64,000 nucleotides of DNA from Singulisphaera sp. GP187. Its GTDB lineage: Bacteria; Planctomycetota; GCA-002687715. The DNA lies in contig CAMDTN010000002.1 in NCBI GenBank assembly GCA_945907755.1, forward strand, positions 55 through 64,054, read 5' to 3'. Below the pieces are notes generated by a model. The model made no database searches, was not told the DNA's origin, and saw only the letters and a list, made by a program, of their open reading frames with translations. Position 1 is the stretch's first letter. Each line of letters opens with the position of its first letter. Both the position numbers and the translations under genes were made by a program. This document shows positions 18,209 through 26,335 of this stretch, in pieces.

Positions 18209-19033
18209 ATGGGACTTCGTATTAACACCAACGTTTCTTCACTCACTGCGCAGCGCAACTTGTTGCGTGCGACTGAAGGTCTCAACCGCAACTTCGAGCA
18301 TTTGTCCACGGGTAAGCGCATCGCGCGTGCCTCGGACGACGCTGCGGGCTTGGCCATCAGTTCGCGGTTGGGTGCGCAGATTCGCGGTGTGGATCAAGCT
18401 GTTCGCAACGCAAACGACGGTATCTCGCTCGTACAGACCGCTGAAGGCGCTCTGTCCGAAATCGCGTCCACCCTCGTGCGCATGCGCGAAATCTCGGTCC
18501 AGGCCAACAACGGCACCCTGTCTAGTGCGGACAAGGACAACCTGCAAGCGGAGTTCGTGCAGTTGCAGTCCTCCGTGGATCAGGTGGCCAACAGCACCAA
18601 TTTCAACGGATTGAATCTGCTGAACACGAGCACAGCGGTCACCTTGCAGATCGGTGCTGGGACCACCGCCGGCGTGGACACCATGGGTGTCAGCATGGCG
18701 AACGTGACGGCGACCAGCTTGTCCATCAACCTCTTGGATGTTGGCAGCACGGGCGACGCTTCGGCGGCCATCGTGGCCCTCGACACGGCGCTCGACACCG
18801 TCACATCTTCGCGTGGTGATTTCGGCGCGGTGCAAAACCGCTTGAGCTCGGCCATCGCCGCCATGCAAGTGCGCAGCGAAAACCTGTCTAGCGCCCAGAG
18901 CCGCATCATGGATGTGGATGTGGCGTATGAGACGGCCAACATGACCAAGAACAACATTCTGCAACAGGCGGCAATCTCCGTCCTCGCGCAGGCAAACCAA
19001 CAGCCGTCGGCGGCCCTAAGCCTCCTCGGCTGA
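18209..19033 (+). CDS. fliC: Flagellin
   Basis: Canonical flagellin N-terminus MGLRINTNVSSLTAQRNLLRATEGLNRNFEHLSTGKRIARASDDAAGLAIS and C-terminus AVQNRLSSAIAAMQVRSENLSSAQSRIMDVDVAYETANMTKNNILQQAAISVLAQANQQP. Strong RBS GAGAGAGAGG 8 nt upstream. Confidence 0.85.
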   Translation: MGLRINTNVSSLTAQRNLLRATEGLNRNFEHLSTGKRIARASDDAAGLAISSRLGAQIRGVDQAVRNANDGISLVQTAEGALSEIASTLVRMREISVQANNGTLSSADKDNLQAEFVQLQSSVDQVANSTNFNGLNLLNTSTAVTLQIGAGTTAGVDTMGVSMANVTATSLSINLLDVGSTGDASAAIVALDTALDTVTSSRGDFGAVQNRLSSAIAAMQVRSENLSSAQSRIMDVDVAYETANMTKNNILQQAAISVLAQANQQPSAALSLLG

Positions 19034-19100
19034 TGTAGCAACCGAAAACAGCGGCCCGCGACCTCAAGCGCTGGGCCCTGCGTCAAGAGAGTGGTGATCT

Positions 19101-19147
19101 GGGGCCGGAGTCCGTTCTGAGCGGACTTCGGCCCGTTCCTTTTTTCG
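19101..19147 (+). terminator. Rho-independent terminator downstream of flagellin
   Basis: GGGGCCGGAGTCCG ttctgag CGGACTTCGGCCC stem-loop followed by CCTTTTTT tract. Confidence 0.5.
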
Positions 19148-19243
19148 TGGGCATTGCGCGATTCCTAAATGGGTGTGTCAGGTGGAGCGCGCGGCGGCTC
19201 TATGGGAGTGAACCTCGGTCGCAGGAGCGCCGGGCTTCACACC

Positions 19244-20545
19244 ATGCCCTACTTTCACTTGCTCGCGTTCACTCTCCTTAGTGCCGTAGCTTTGGCCCAA
19301 CCAGCGTTGCAGCGCCCGCAATTCATGTTGCAAGGGCTGCAATTCGGGCACGGTGTGCCGGGGGCGCCGCTGCAAATCCTCGCGCAACTTGCTGGCCTTC
19401 CGCTGGGACTGCGTGCCGATTTGCAAGGACGCTGCGTCGTTCGCGATGGAGCCGCGCCGCGCTTGTGGCTTTGGGACGCGACAGGTTTGAATGCGGTGGC
19501 GCTCGCCACAGCCGCGACCGACGCGGTTCCTGATGGCGCCGGAGGTGCGTGGGCGTTGGCTCCCGATGCGGTTGGTGGCGGTGTGTGGCATGTCGGCCCC
19601 GATGGCGCGAGCACGCAGCGCGTGGCGTTCACCGAAACGCCGCTGCGGTTGGCGCTGGTCGGCACGCAGCACGCATTGCTGCTGGTGCGCGACTCCACTG
19701 CGCAGTTCCTGATGGTGGTGCACGACCTGCGAAGCGGGACACGGCGAGCACAGCGCCTTCTGCCTGCTGCGCCGAATGACTTGCACTTTGACGATGAAGG
19801 GCGCGTGCTGCTGGCGGGTCAGGCGAGTGGGCGCGTGCTGCACTTGAACGCGCTCACGCTGCGCACCGAGCACTACACGGAAGTGCCCCAAGGAACGGTC
19901 GAATGTGCGGCGCTCGCGGGCCGCGGGCTGGTGGGCGTAGTGCAGCCGGGCTTTGTGCTGTGGAGCGCGTCGCCGTTGCATGCGGTGCAAATGATTCCAC
20001 TGGGTTGGTCGGTGCGCTTCGAGGCTTTGACCAGCGGCGGCGTTGTGGCGTGGGTGCCAGCAACTGGCGAGGCATATCGATTCGAACCGAATGTCGGCCT
20101 CGCGTGGCAAGGCCCAGCAGCGGCTGGGTTATTTATCAGTGATGGATCTGGTTTGCGCCACGGACGAGGCGCAGCGTTGCACAGCGACAGCGATGGCGAC
20201 GGCTTCAGTAGCGCAGCAGAATTGGCGGAACTCACCGATCCAGGCGACGCAATATCTGTGCCATTGCAGTTGGTGCAAGCGGGGCCGTTGCTGATCATCA
20301 GCGCGCCTCGGCACCCGTGCGCACTTTGGTGGCTGCAAGTGTGTGGCGCGGTGGCGCCGCCGCTCAATCTGCTCGATCCTCCAGCATGGATGTCGGGAGT
20401 CTTCGGAAGTTCCGACCCAACCGGTCAAGGCTATTGCCTGTTGTTTGCTCCGCTGCCGACGGGCGCGGCGCTTGCCCCTGTGCTGCTGGATCTGTCAACC
20501 AACCAAGTGTTGAGTGCCCCCGCGATGGCCATGCTGTCATGGTGA
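19244..20545 (+). CDS. Hypothetical secreted protein
   Basis: Signal peptide MPYFHLLAFTLLSAVALAQ. Thrombospondin-type-3-like Ca-binding motif DSDGDGFS near C-terminus. No other recognisable domain. Confidence 0.4.
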   Translation: MPYFHLLAFTLLSAVALAQPALQRPQFMLQGLQFGHGVPGAPLQILAQLAGLPLGLRADLQGRCVVRDGAAPRLWLWDATGLNAVALATAATDAVPDGAGGAWALAPDAVGGGVWHVGPDGASTQRVAFTETPLRLALVGTQHALLLVRDSTAQFLMVVHDLRSGTRRAQRLLPAAPNDLHFDDEGRVLLAGQASGRVLHLNALTLRTEHYTEVPQGTVECAALAGRGLVGVVQPGFVLWSASPLHAVQMIPLGWSVRFEALTSGGVVAWVPATGEAYRFEPNVGLAWQGPAAAGLFISDGSGLRHGRGAALHSDSDGDGFSSAAELAELTDPGDAISVPLQLVQAGPLLIISAPRHPCALWWLQVCGAVAPPLNLLDPPAWMSGVFGSSDPTGQGYCLLFAPLPTGAALAPVLLDLSTNQVLSAPAMAMLSW

Positions 20546-21831
20546 GCGCCGAACGCATGCAGGCATTGCTGTGTTGGCAGGCCGCCAACGGCACCGCGGT
20601 GGATTTGGCCGAACTCGAGCGCAAACGCGGGCGCCCGCTGGAGTGGCTGCTGCAAACGGAGTGCGCGGGGCCAGCGCGACTGCTGGATGCTCGCAGCAGT
20701 GAAGCGGCAGCGTGGGCTGTGGCCACGCAAGAGCGTTGCGCAGAGTTGGGCATCACCATCATGGCGGGGGAAGATGCGCCGGTGCTAGCACGGCTGCCGA
20801 TCCCGCCGCTTTTGCTGTATGTGCGTGGCGACATGCAAGCCGGAGCCAGCTTGGGTGTTGTCGGATCGCGCACAGCTTCGGCCTATGGGCTGCGCACCAC
20901 CGAGCGCATTTGCTCGGAACTTGCTGCGGGGGGAATCACCATTGTGTCTGGCTTGGCGCGCGGCATTGATGCTGCGGCGCACCGTGCGGCACTCGAAGCA
21001 GGAGGGCGCACTGTTGCGGTTCTTGGCTGCGGTTTGGACATCGCCTATCCGAGAGAACATCGCAGCCTGATGGAGGAGATCGCGAACAACGGTGGGCTGC
21101 TGAGCGAGTGGCCACCGGGGGTTCCGCCGCTGCCGCATCATTTCCCGCAGCGCAACCGCCTGCTGGTGGCGCTGTCTTCGGCCTTGCTGGTGGTCGAAGC
21201 GCGCATTCGCAGTGGCACTTTCACTTCGGTTCGCTGGGCAGCAGACCTAGGTTGCCAAGTGTTGGTGGTGCCTGGGCCGGTGGACGCGCCCCTGGCCGAA
21301 GGGGCCTTGCAATTGCTGCGCGAAGGGGCCACGCCTGTTGGCAATGCCGCGCATGTGTTGGAAGCGCTGGGGATTACAACGGCGGAGCAAACGGCTGCGC
21401 CCGGGTTGGCCCGCGGGCTCTCGCCCGCACAGAGCACCATGCTGAGCGCTCAGGAAACCCGCGTGTTGGCGCTCTTGGGCGCGGAGTGCCTCGACTTGGA
21501 CGAAATCGTGCGCGGCTTGGCGGAGGCACCAGGCAGTTTGCTAGCCACGCTCATGAGCATGGAATTGCGGGGGCTGGTTGCGCGGGATGATTCCTTTGCG
21601 TGGCGCGCGCTGCGCTTACCAGAGCGGGCCGTTACTGATGGCGAAGTCGAGCACCCAGTGCAGGACCAAGGTGACGCCGACGAACACGACCACTCCTGTG
21701 ATGAAGTGGCGCAGCCCATGGCGCAAGGCAACGCGCACGCTGTCGCGCCCGGGGATTGCAGCGACGAGGTTCACCACCAAGAAGAGCGGAAGGAAGAGCA
21801 AGAAGGCTTCGAGGAGGCTCATGGTTTCTGA
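20539..21831 (+). CDS. dprA: DNA-processing protein DprA (Smf), with an unusual ~65-aa C-terminal extension
   Basis: Rossmann-like DprA core LGVVGSRTASAYGLRTTERICSELAAGGITIVSGLARGIDAAAHRAALEAGGRTVAVLGCGLDIAYPREH and C-terminal winged helix MELRGLVARDDSFAWRAL. Start ATG overlaps upstream stop (ATGGTGA). Confidence 0.65.
   Translation: MVSAERMQALLCWQAANGTAVDLAELERKRGRPLEWLLQTECAGPARLLDARSSEAAAWAVATQERCAELGITIMAGEDAPVLARLPIPPLLLYVRGDMQAGASLGVVGSRTASAYGLRTTERICSELAAGGITIVSGLARGIDAAAHRAALEAGGRTVAVLGCGLDIAYPREHRSLMEEIANNGGLLSEWPPGVPPLPHHFPQRNRLLVALSSALLVVEARIRSGTFTSVRWAADLGCQVLVVPGPVDAPLAEGALQLLREGATPVGNAAHVLEALGITTAEQTAAPGLARGLSPAQSTMLSAQETRVLALLGAECLDLDEIVRGLAEAPGSLLATLMSMELRGLVARDDSFAWRALRLPERAVTDGEVEHPVQDQGDADEHDHSCDEVAQPMAQGNAHAVAPGDCSDEVHHQEERKEEQEGFEEAHGF
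21616..21822 (-). CDS. Small 2-TM membrane protein (68 aa), hypothetical
   Basis: MSLLEAFLLFLPLFLVVNLVAAIPG...ITGVVVFVGVTLVLHWVLDF. ATGA translational coupling with the upstream membrane-protein gene. Confidence 0.4.
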   Translation of the reverse strand: MSLLEAFLLFLPLFLVVNLVAAIPGRDSVRVALRHGLRHFITGVVVFVGVTLVLHWVLDFAISNGPLW

Positions 21832-22328
21832 GCATTCCCGGTGCTGACGGTTGGCATGGGTCGAGCGAGGTCGTAGACATCGCACAGCGCCAAGATGTTC
21901 AGCAAGCAGGCAGCACCGGTGTACAGCGTGCCGGTGGCGTAGACAGTGTCTTCCACCGGAATGCGCACTCCCTGCGTGGTCACCGCGGTGATGAGCGTCA
22001 GCAGCCCGCCGGGAATCTGTGCCAACCCCCAGACAGGGTGACGATCGAAGGGTGACACCGTGGCGAAGCTGCCGAGGCACAAGCCAGCGATGAACGTGGG
22101 AATGAGCAGTGCTGCGAAACACAGGGCGCGGTCACGGCGGCCCACCACGAGATGCCCGAGGCCTGGCACCAGCCACGCGAGCAACAGCGCCTTGCGCTGC
22201 AACGGCGACGAACTGACGACTAACCACAGCAACGCCGCAGCGACGGCGAAGGGCGCGAGTTGCAGCACAATGGGGCCGAGCATGGGCGCAAGTCTTAGCA
22301 GGGTGCTGTTGCGTCGGGAAGTGCGCAC
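21819..22328 (-). CDS. Hypothetical polytopic membrane protein (169 aa)
   Basis: Several TM helices (LQLAPFAVAAALLWLVV, LLAWLVPGLGHLVVG, ALLIPTFIAGLCLG). No recognisable domain. Confidence 0.4.
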   Translation of the reverse strand: MRTSRRNSTLLRLAPMLGPIVLQLAPFAVAAALLWLVVSSSPLQRKALLLAWLVPGLGHLVVGRRDRALCFAALLIPTFIAGLCLGSFATVSPFDRHPVWGLAQIPGGLLTLITAVTTQGVRIPVEDTVYATGTLYTGAACLLNILALCDVYDLARPMPTVSTGNAQKP

Positions 22329-22440
22329 GCCGTTCGGGCTCTCGCCATAGCGCCGCGCCGGCAGCCATCAGCGCTGCGTGTGGACGCGCATCCGGCCGGT
22401 TGGTAGCTTCGCGCCGGTGCCACTTGGTGCCACCTAACGC

Positions 22441-22923
22441 TTGAATCACCGCACAGTCTTACGTGTTCGCTACGGAGAAACCGACAAAGCCGGTGTGGCT
22501 TGGCACGGCAGCTATGTGGCTTGGTATGAAGTTGGGCGCTGCGAGTTCTTGCGCGACAGCGGCATCAGCTATGCCGCCTTTGAAAGCGAACAGAAATTGT
22601 TTCTGACCGTGGTAGGCATGGACCTGCGCTTCATGAAGCCTGCTCGCAGCGATGATGTCTTAGTGGTGGAAACGGCGGTGACGGTTTTAGACCGCGCCAG
22701 TGCACGCTTCAGCCAACGCATTTTTCACCAGGGCGCCACAGAACCCGCGTCCAGCGCTGTCGTGCGGGTGGCGTGCGTTGATTTGAACGGCCGCGTGGCC
22801 GCGTTGCCACCAGTTTTGCGCGCCGCACTGGCTCGGGTGCTGCAAGGACCGAGTGCAACTGAAACCCAAGGGAAGAGCCAGCGTGCGCCTGTCGTCGCCG
22901 CCGACGGTCAGTCTGTCCCATGA
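22441..22923 (+). CDS. YbgC/4HBT-family acyl-CoA thioesterase (probable TTG start)
   Basis: RVRYGETDKAGVAWHGSYVAWYEVGRCEFLRDSG matches the YbgC hotdog thioesterase N-terminal signature. An upstream in-frame stop forces a TTG start. Confidence 0.55.
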   Translation: MNHRTVLRVRYGETDKAGVAWHGSYVAWYEVGRCEFLRDSGISYAAFESEQKLFLTVVGMDLRFMKPARSDDVLVVETAVTVLDRASARFSQRIFHQGATEPASSAVVRVACVDLNGRVAALPPVLRAALARVLQGPSATETQGKSQRAPVVAADGQSVP

Positions 22924-22934
22924 TGGAGGTGTGT

Positions 22935-23861
22935 ATGACGCGTTCCCTTTTGCTTGCTGCTTTGTTGTTGACTGCGTGTTCCACCACGAGCGCTGGTCCG
23001 GCACCTGAAGTCGTTGCGCCCGAAGTATCTGCGCCCGCAGCGGACATGCCGAGCGCAGAGGACCCGCGCGACCGCCGTCAACGCCTGTTGCGTTTGGAGC
23101 ACGCCTGCGACCAGTGGTACGCGGCGTGGATGCAACAGGAGTTCTCGCGCATGGCCAGTTTAGAAATGTTGTTGCGCGAAGCGACGAGCAAGGATTTCGG
23201 TGCTGTGGTCATGGATTTGCGCAGCGGCAGCCCGCGCCACAAGCGAGTGATGGCAGCGGCGTTGGGCTTCTCGGCCCGCGCAGAAGCCGTACCCGCTTTG
23301 ATGGGCGCGCTGGAAGAGCAGTACTACGAGATCGTGTTGCACTCGTTGTTGTCGCTGTATCACCTGTGCGACCCACGCGGTGGCGAGGCGGCGAAGGCCG
23401 CCATTGCGCAGATCGACCCTGAACGCATCGTGAGTTACTTGGCGCACCCGCGGCCCGAAGTGCGTTCCAATGCAGCGTTGGTGTTGTCGCGGCTGGTGGG
23501 GCCGACTACAGGAAAACCTGTGTTGCTCGCACTGATGGCGTTATCCGAAGACACAGAGCCACGCGTGCGCGTGCATGCCGTGGCGGCGCTTGCGGCGACG
23601 CGTGCACCCGAGATTTATCCGCAGTTAGTGAAGGCGCTCACGGATAGTTTCGAGCTTGTGCGCATTCGTGCGGCACTGGGCTTGGCGCGCTTGAACAACG
23701 CGGAAGCTGCGCCGTACCTCATCGACTTGTTGACGAAGAGCGGCGAAGCCGCGATGGTGAAGCAGGCTGTGGCCCGTGCGCTGAGCGTATTGCTGCGAGC
23801 ACCGGGGGACTTTTCGCAAGACGCCGAGCACTGGCGCGCATTGCTGCGCGCGGCGAAGTAG
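22935..23861 (+). CDS. HEAT-repeat lipoprotein, hypothetical
   Basis: Lipoprotein signal MTRSLLLAALLLTAC. HEAT/PBS-lyase-like repeats (HPRPEVRSNAALVLSRL, EPRVRVHAVAALAA, LVRIRAALGLARL). Confidence 0.5.
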   Translation: MTRSLLLAALLLTACSTTSAGPAPEVVAPEVSAPAADMPSAEDPRDRRQRLLRLEHACDQWYAAWMQQEFSRMASLEMLLREATSKDFGAVVMDLRSGSPRHKRVMAAALGFSARAEAVPALMGALEEQYYEIVLHSLLSLYHLCDPRGGEAAKAAIAQIDPERIVSYLAHPRPEVRSNAALVLSRLVGPTTGKPVLLALMALSEDTEPRVRVHAVAALAATRAPEIYPQLVKALTDSFELVRIRAALGLARLNNAEAAPYLIDLLTKSGEAAMVKQAVARALSVLLRAPGDFSQDAEHWRALLRAAK

Positions 23862-23869
23862 TTGTCCCC

Positions 23870-26275
23870 TTAGCGGCGCGGCCGCGCGAGTGCGGCCAAC
23901 GCATACAGCGCAGCGGCCAAAACCAGCACGCCGGTGAAGCCGATGGACATGGCAAGGATGATGGCAAGGATGCTCGCGGCCACGGAGGCCACGCCATTCA
24001 CGCCCCAAGCCCACGGCACCAAGTCCGCACGCTGAGCTGCCAACAAGCGCAGACCGCTGGGCATGGGCATGCCCATGAAAAATGCAGCGGGAGCAATCAG
24101 CAGCAACGCCAAACAGCAACGCACTGGGTGTTCTGCGGGCAGCCACGCGTTGGTGGCCACGGGCAACACCAGCGCCAGCAGCAACGCCATCGCAGTCACG
24201 AGCAGCGGTGCGCGCAGCGTCAGACGCGCGGCGTCGAAGCGCCCGGAAACCAAGGCCCCAAGCCCCGAGAACAACAACATGCCGCCAATAACGATGGCCA
24301 GTGACCAAGTGGGATGCCCAAGGAACAACGACAGTTTCTGAGCCAAAGCGATCTCTAACAGCATGAAGCCGACGCCGAGGCACGAGAAGTAGACGATCGA
24401 GCGGGTGGAGCCTTCTACTGCGAGCGCGCGGCGGCGCAGAATCCACAACGGGCCCAGCACCAGCAGCGCGCCGACTACCAGCGACTGCACCAACAGGCCC
24501 AGCAACACCAACTGCCCGGTGGGGATCTCGCCCGTGTTTGCAAGCCAGGGATCGGCGCTGCCCAGACTCGTCTTGTGCATGCCGCGGCCCGCGGAGGAAC
24601 CGTCGTCCATCCCGAACACGCGCATGAAGATCGTGCTCCAGCGGTGGTACAGGTAGAAGAATGGACTGTCGTCATCCACCGGCGTCACGTTGAAGGGATA
24701 GGCCGCAAAATAGGCTTGCTGTTTGCCATCGCGCACGGCGGCGGCGTAGGCGCTGAAGGGCGTGCCCAAGTCTTTAAACGGGTCGTGGTGCACGGATTGT
24801 CTGCCGTCGCCTCCTGCAACGATGGCGCGCACTGCGGCCATGCGCTCTTCAGGGATGGGATCGTTGCCGATCACCAAGATGCCCCACTGCCCAGAACGCA
24901 ACACCACTGCATGACGGCCTGGGTCTTTGACGCCTTTGCGCTGCAGCGCATCCAGCGCCATCACATACAAGCGCAAGGTCTCGCGGTCTGGCTCGAAGAA
25001 CAGGCGGATGATGGAGAAGTACCCGCCCGGGCTGAGGTGGGACAGGTACGCATCGAACGCTTCTGCGGTGTAGAGGTACGACTCGCTGGCCACATAGGCA
25101 CCAGAATTGAGCGCGGCATAAGTGTCCACGCCTGTCATCTGAATCCAGTCGAATTTCTCTGGGTTGCGCGCCAACCACGCTCGGCCTTCGGCCTGCACCA
25201 GTTCAACGCCAGGCATGTTGGGAATGTCGCCAGTGAATTCGCGGTAGTGGTCTGTCAGCAACGACGCGGTGGAGGAATTGATCTCTAAGCCCACTGCGCG
25301 TTTCACTTTTTGCTGCGCAGCCAGAGCCAGTTCGCGCCCGCCACCGGCGCCGATCACCAAGAGCGACTGCAAGCCCGGCTTCATGATGTACGGCACCTGC
25401 GTTTCGCCTGCGGGCGGGTGCTGCTTGTCGTACAGGTAAGTTGGCGCGTCGCCGTCCTGGAAAATCATGCGCGTGTTGTCGGGATCATTCGGCGCAGGGC
25501 GGCTGACATCGATGCGGCACAGCGGGTTCCATAGCGTCAGTTCCACCTTGTGCCCGCGCTTCAAGTAGGGATTGATTTCCTTGCTGGCGACAAACTCTGG
25601 TTCCGGCAGCACCACGGCGCGCACGCTGTCGATGCCCGCGGTGGCAGCGATGGCCACGCTGGTGATGAGTGCCAACCAGGTCAATGAACCGCCTTGTGCG
25701 GCGAGCAAGCCCGCCACCACACCAAGGCCGGCAGTGGCTAACAACAGACCGTGGCCACTGAGCGGCCCCAGCAGCATCAAGAACAAGGCGCAGCCGATGC
25801 CGCTGCCCAGCAAGTTTGCAAAATAGGTGCGCGCCATGCCGACGCCTGCGTGGCGTAGCGCCACCACCACCGCCATTCCGCCGAAAAACAATGGCAGGCC
25901 CGCTACGAGGTAGAGGCCGAACAGCGGCACTAATAGCGACGGTTCCTTCAGCAAGTCCACAGTGTCGATGGAGGCGCGGGCCAGCACGCCACCGCTGAAC
26001 AGCGTGGTCAAGCTAAAAAGCAACGAGTACGTCGCGAATGCTCTGCGCCCGCCATCGGCCTCAGAGCCGCTGAGGCGCGGCGCTAGCGCGAGCACGGTGC
26101 CCGCCACGCCGAAAGCCAGCAGCGCCGAAGTCACCACCATGTACGTGATGTGATGCCACAGCGGCACCGCGATCAGACGCACTAGCAACAGCTCTTGCGC
26201 CAGAATGGCCGCCGAGAGCAGGAATAAGGGCAGAGCAGAATTGCGTTGGCGCGGGCGTTCCATCGTGGCCTCCAT
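23870..26275 (-). CDS. Spermidine-synthase-like aminopropyltransferase domain fused to N- and C-terminal polytopic membrane domains
   Basis: Central class-I MTase/SpeE-like fold (LLVIGAGGGRELALAAQQKVKRAVGLEINSS; VDTYA) flanked by multiple TM helices. 801 aa. Confidence 0.55.
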   Translation of the reverse strand: MEATMERPRQRNSALPLFLLSAAILAQELLLVRLIAVPLWHHITYMVVTSALLAFGVAGTVLALAPRLSGSEADGGRRAFATYSLLFSLTTLFSGGVLARASIDTVDLLKEPSLLVPLFGLYLVAGLPLFFGGMAVVVALRHAGVGMARTYFANLLGSGIGCALFLMLLGPLSGHGLLLATAGLGVVAGLLAAQGGSLTWLALITSVAIAATAGIDSVRAVVLPEPEFVASKEINPYLKRGHKVELTLWNPLCRIDVSRPAPNDPDNTRMIFQDGDAPTYLYDKQHPPAGETQVPYIMKPGLQSLLVIGAGGGRELALAAQQKVKRAVGLEINSSTASLLTDHYREFTGDIPNMPGVELVQAEGRAWLARNPEKFDWIQMTGVDTYAALNSGAYVASESYLYTAEAFDAYLSHLSPGGYFSIIRLFFEPDRETLRLYVMALDALQRKGVKDPGRHAVVLRSGQWGILVIGNDPIPEERMAAVRAIVAGGDGRQSVHHDPFKDLGTPFSAYAAAVRDGKQQAYFAAYPFNVTPVDDDSPFFYLYHRWSTIFMRVFGMDDGSSAGRGMHKTSLGSADPWLANTGEIPTGQLVLLGLLVQSLVVGALLVLGPLWILRRRALAVEGSTRSIVYFSCLGVGFMLLEIALAQKLSLFLGHPTWSLAIVIGGMLLFSGLGALVSGRFDAARLTLRAPLLVTAMALLLALVLPVATNAWLPAEHPVRCCLALLLIAPAAFFMGMPMPSGLRLLAAQRADLVPWAWGVNGVASVAASILAIILAMSIGFTGVLVLAAALYALAALARPRR

Positions 26276-26335
26276 CGGATTGGTGCAGTTCTTGCCATGA
26301 ATCCGCCCGGGAGTAAAGCCGGGCGGCAGTTCGGG

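Noticed and set aside
20317-20538. Upstream extension of dprA ORF starting at 20317
   Set aside because: Overlaps the preceding secreted-protein gene. The in-frame ATG at 20539 overlapping the upstream stop (ATGGTGA) is the more plausible coupled start.
22416-22433. Direct repeat GGTGCCAC-TT-GGTGCCAC upstream of the thioesterase gene
   Set aside because: Only two short copies. Possibly a regulator half-site pair, but there is no supporting evidence. Noted only.
24575-25288. Plus-strand ORF inside the spermidine-synthase-like gene
   Set aside because: Antisense artefact. No motifs, and the opposite strand has a coherent 801-aa protein.
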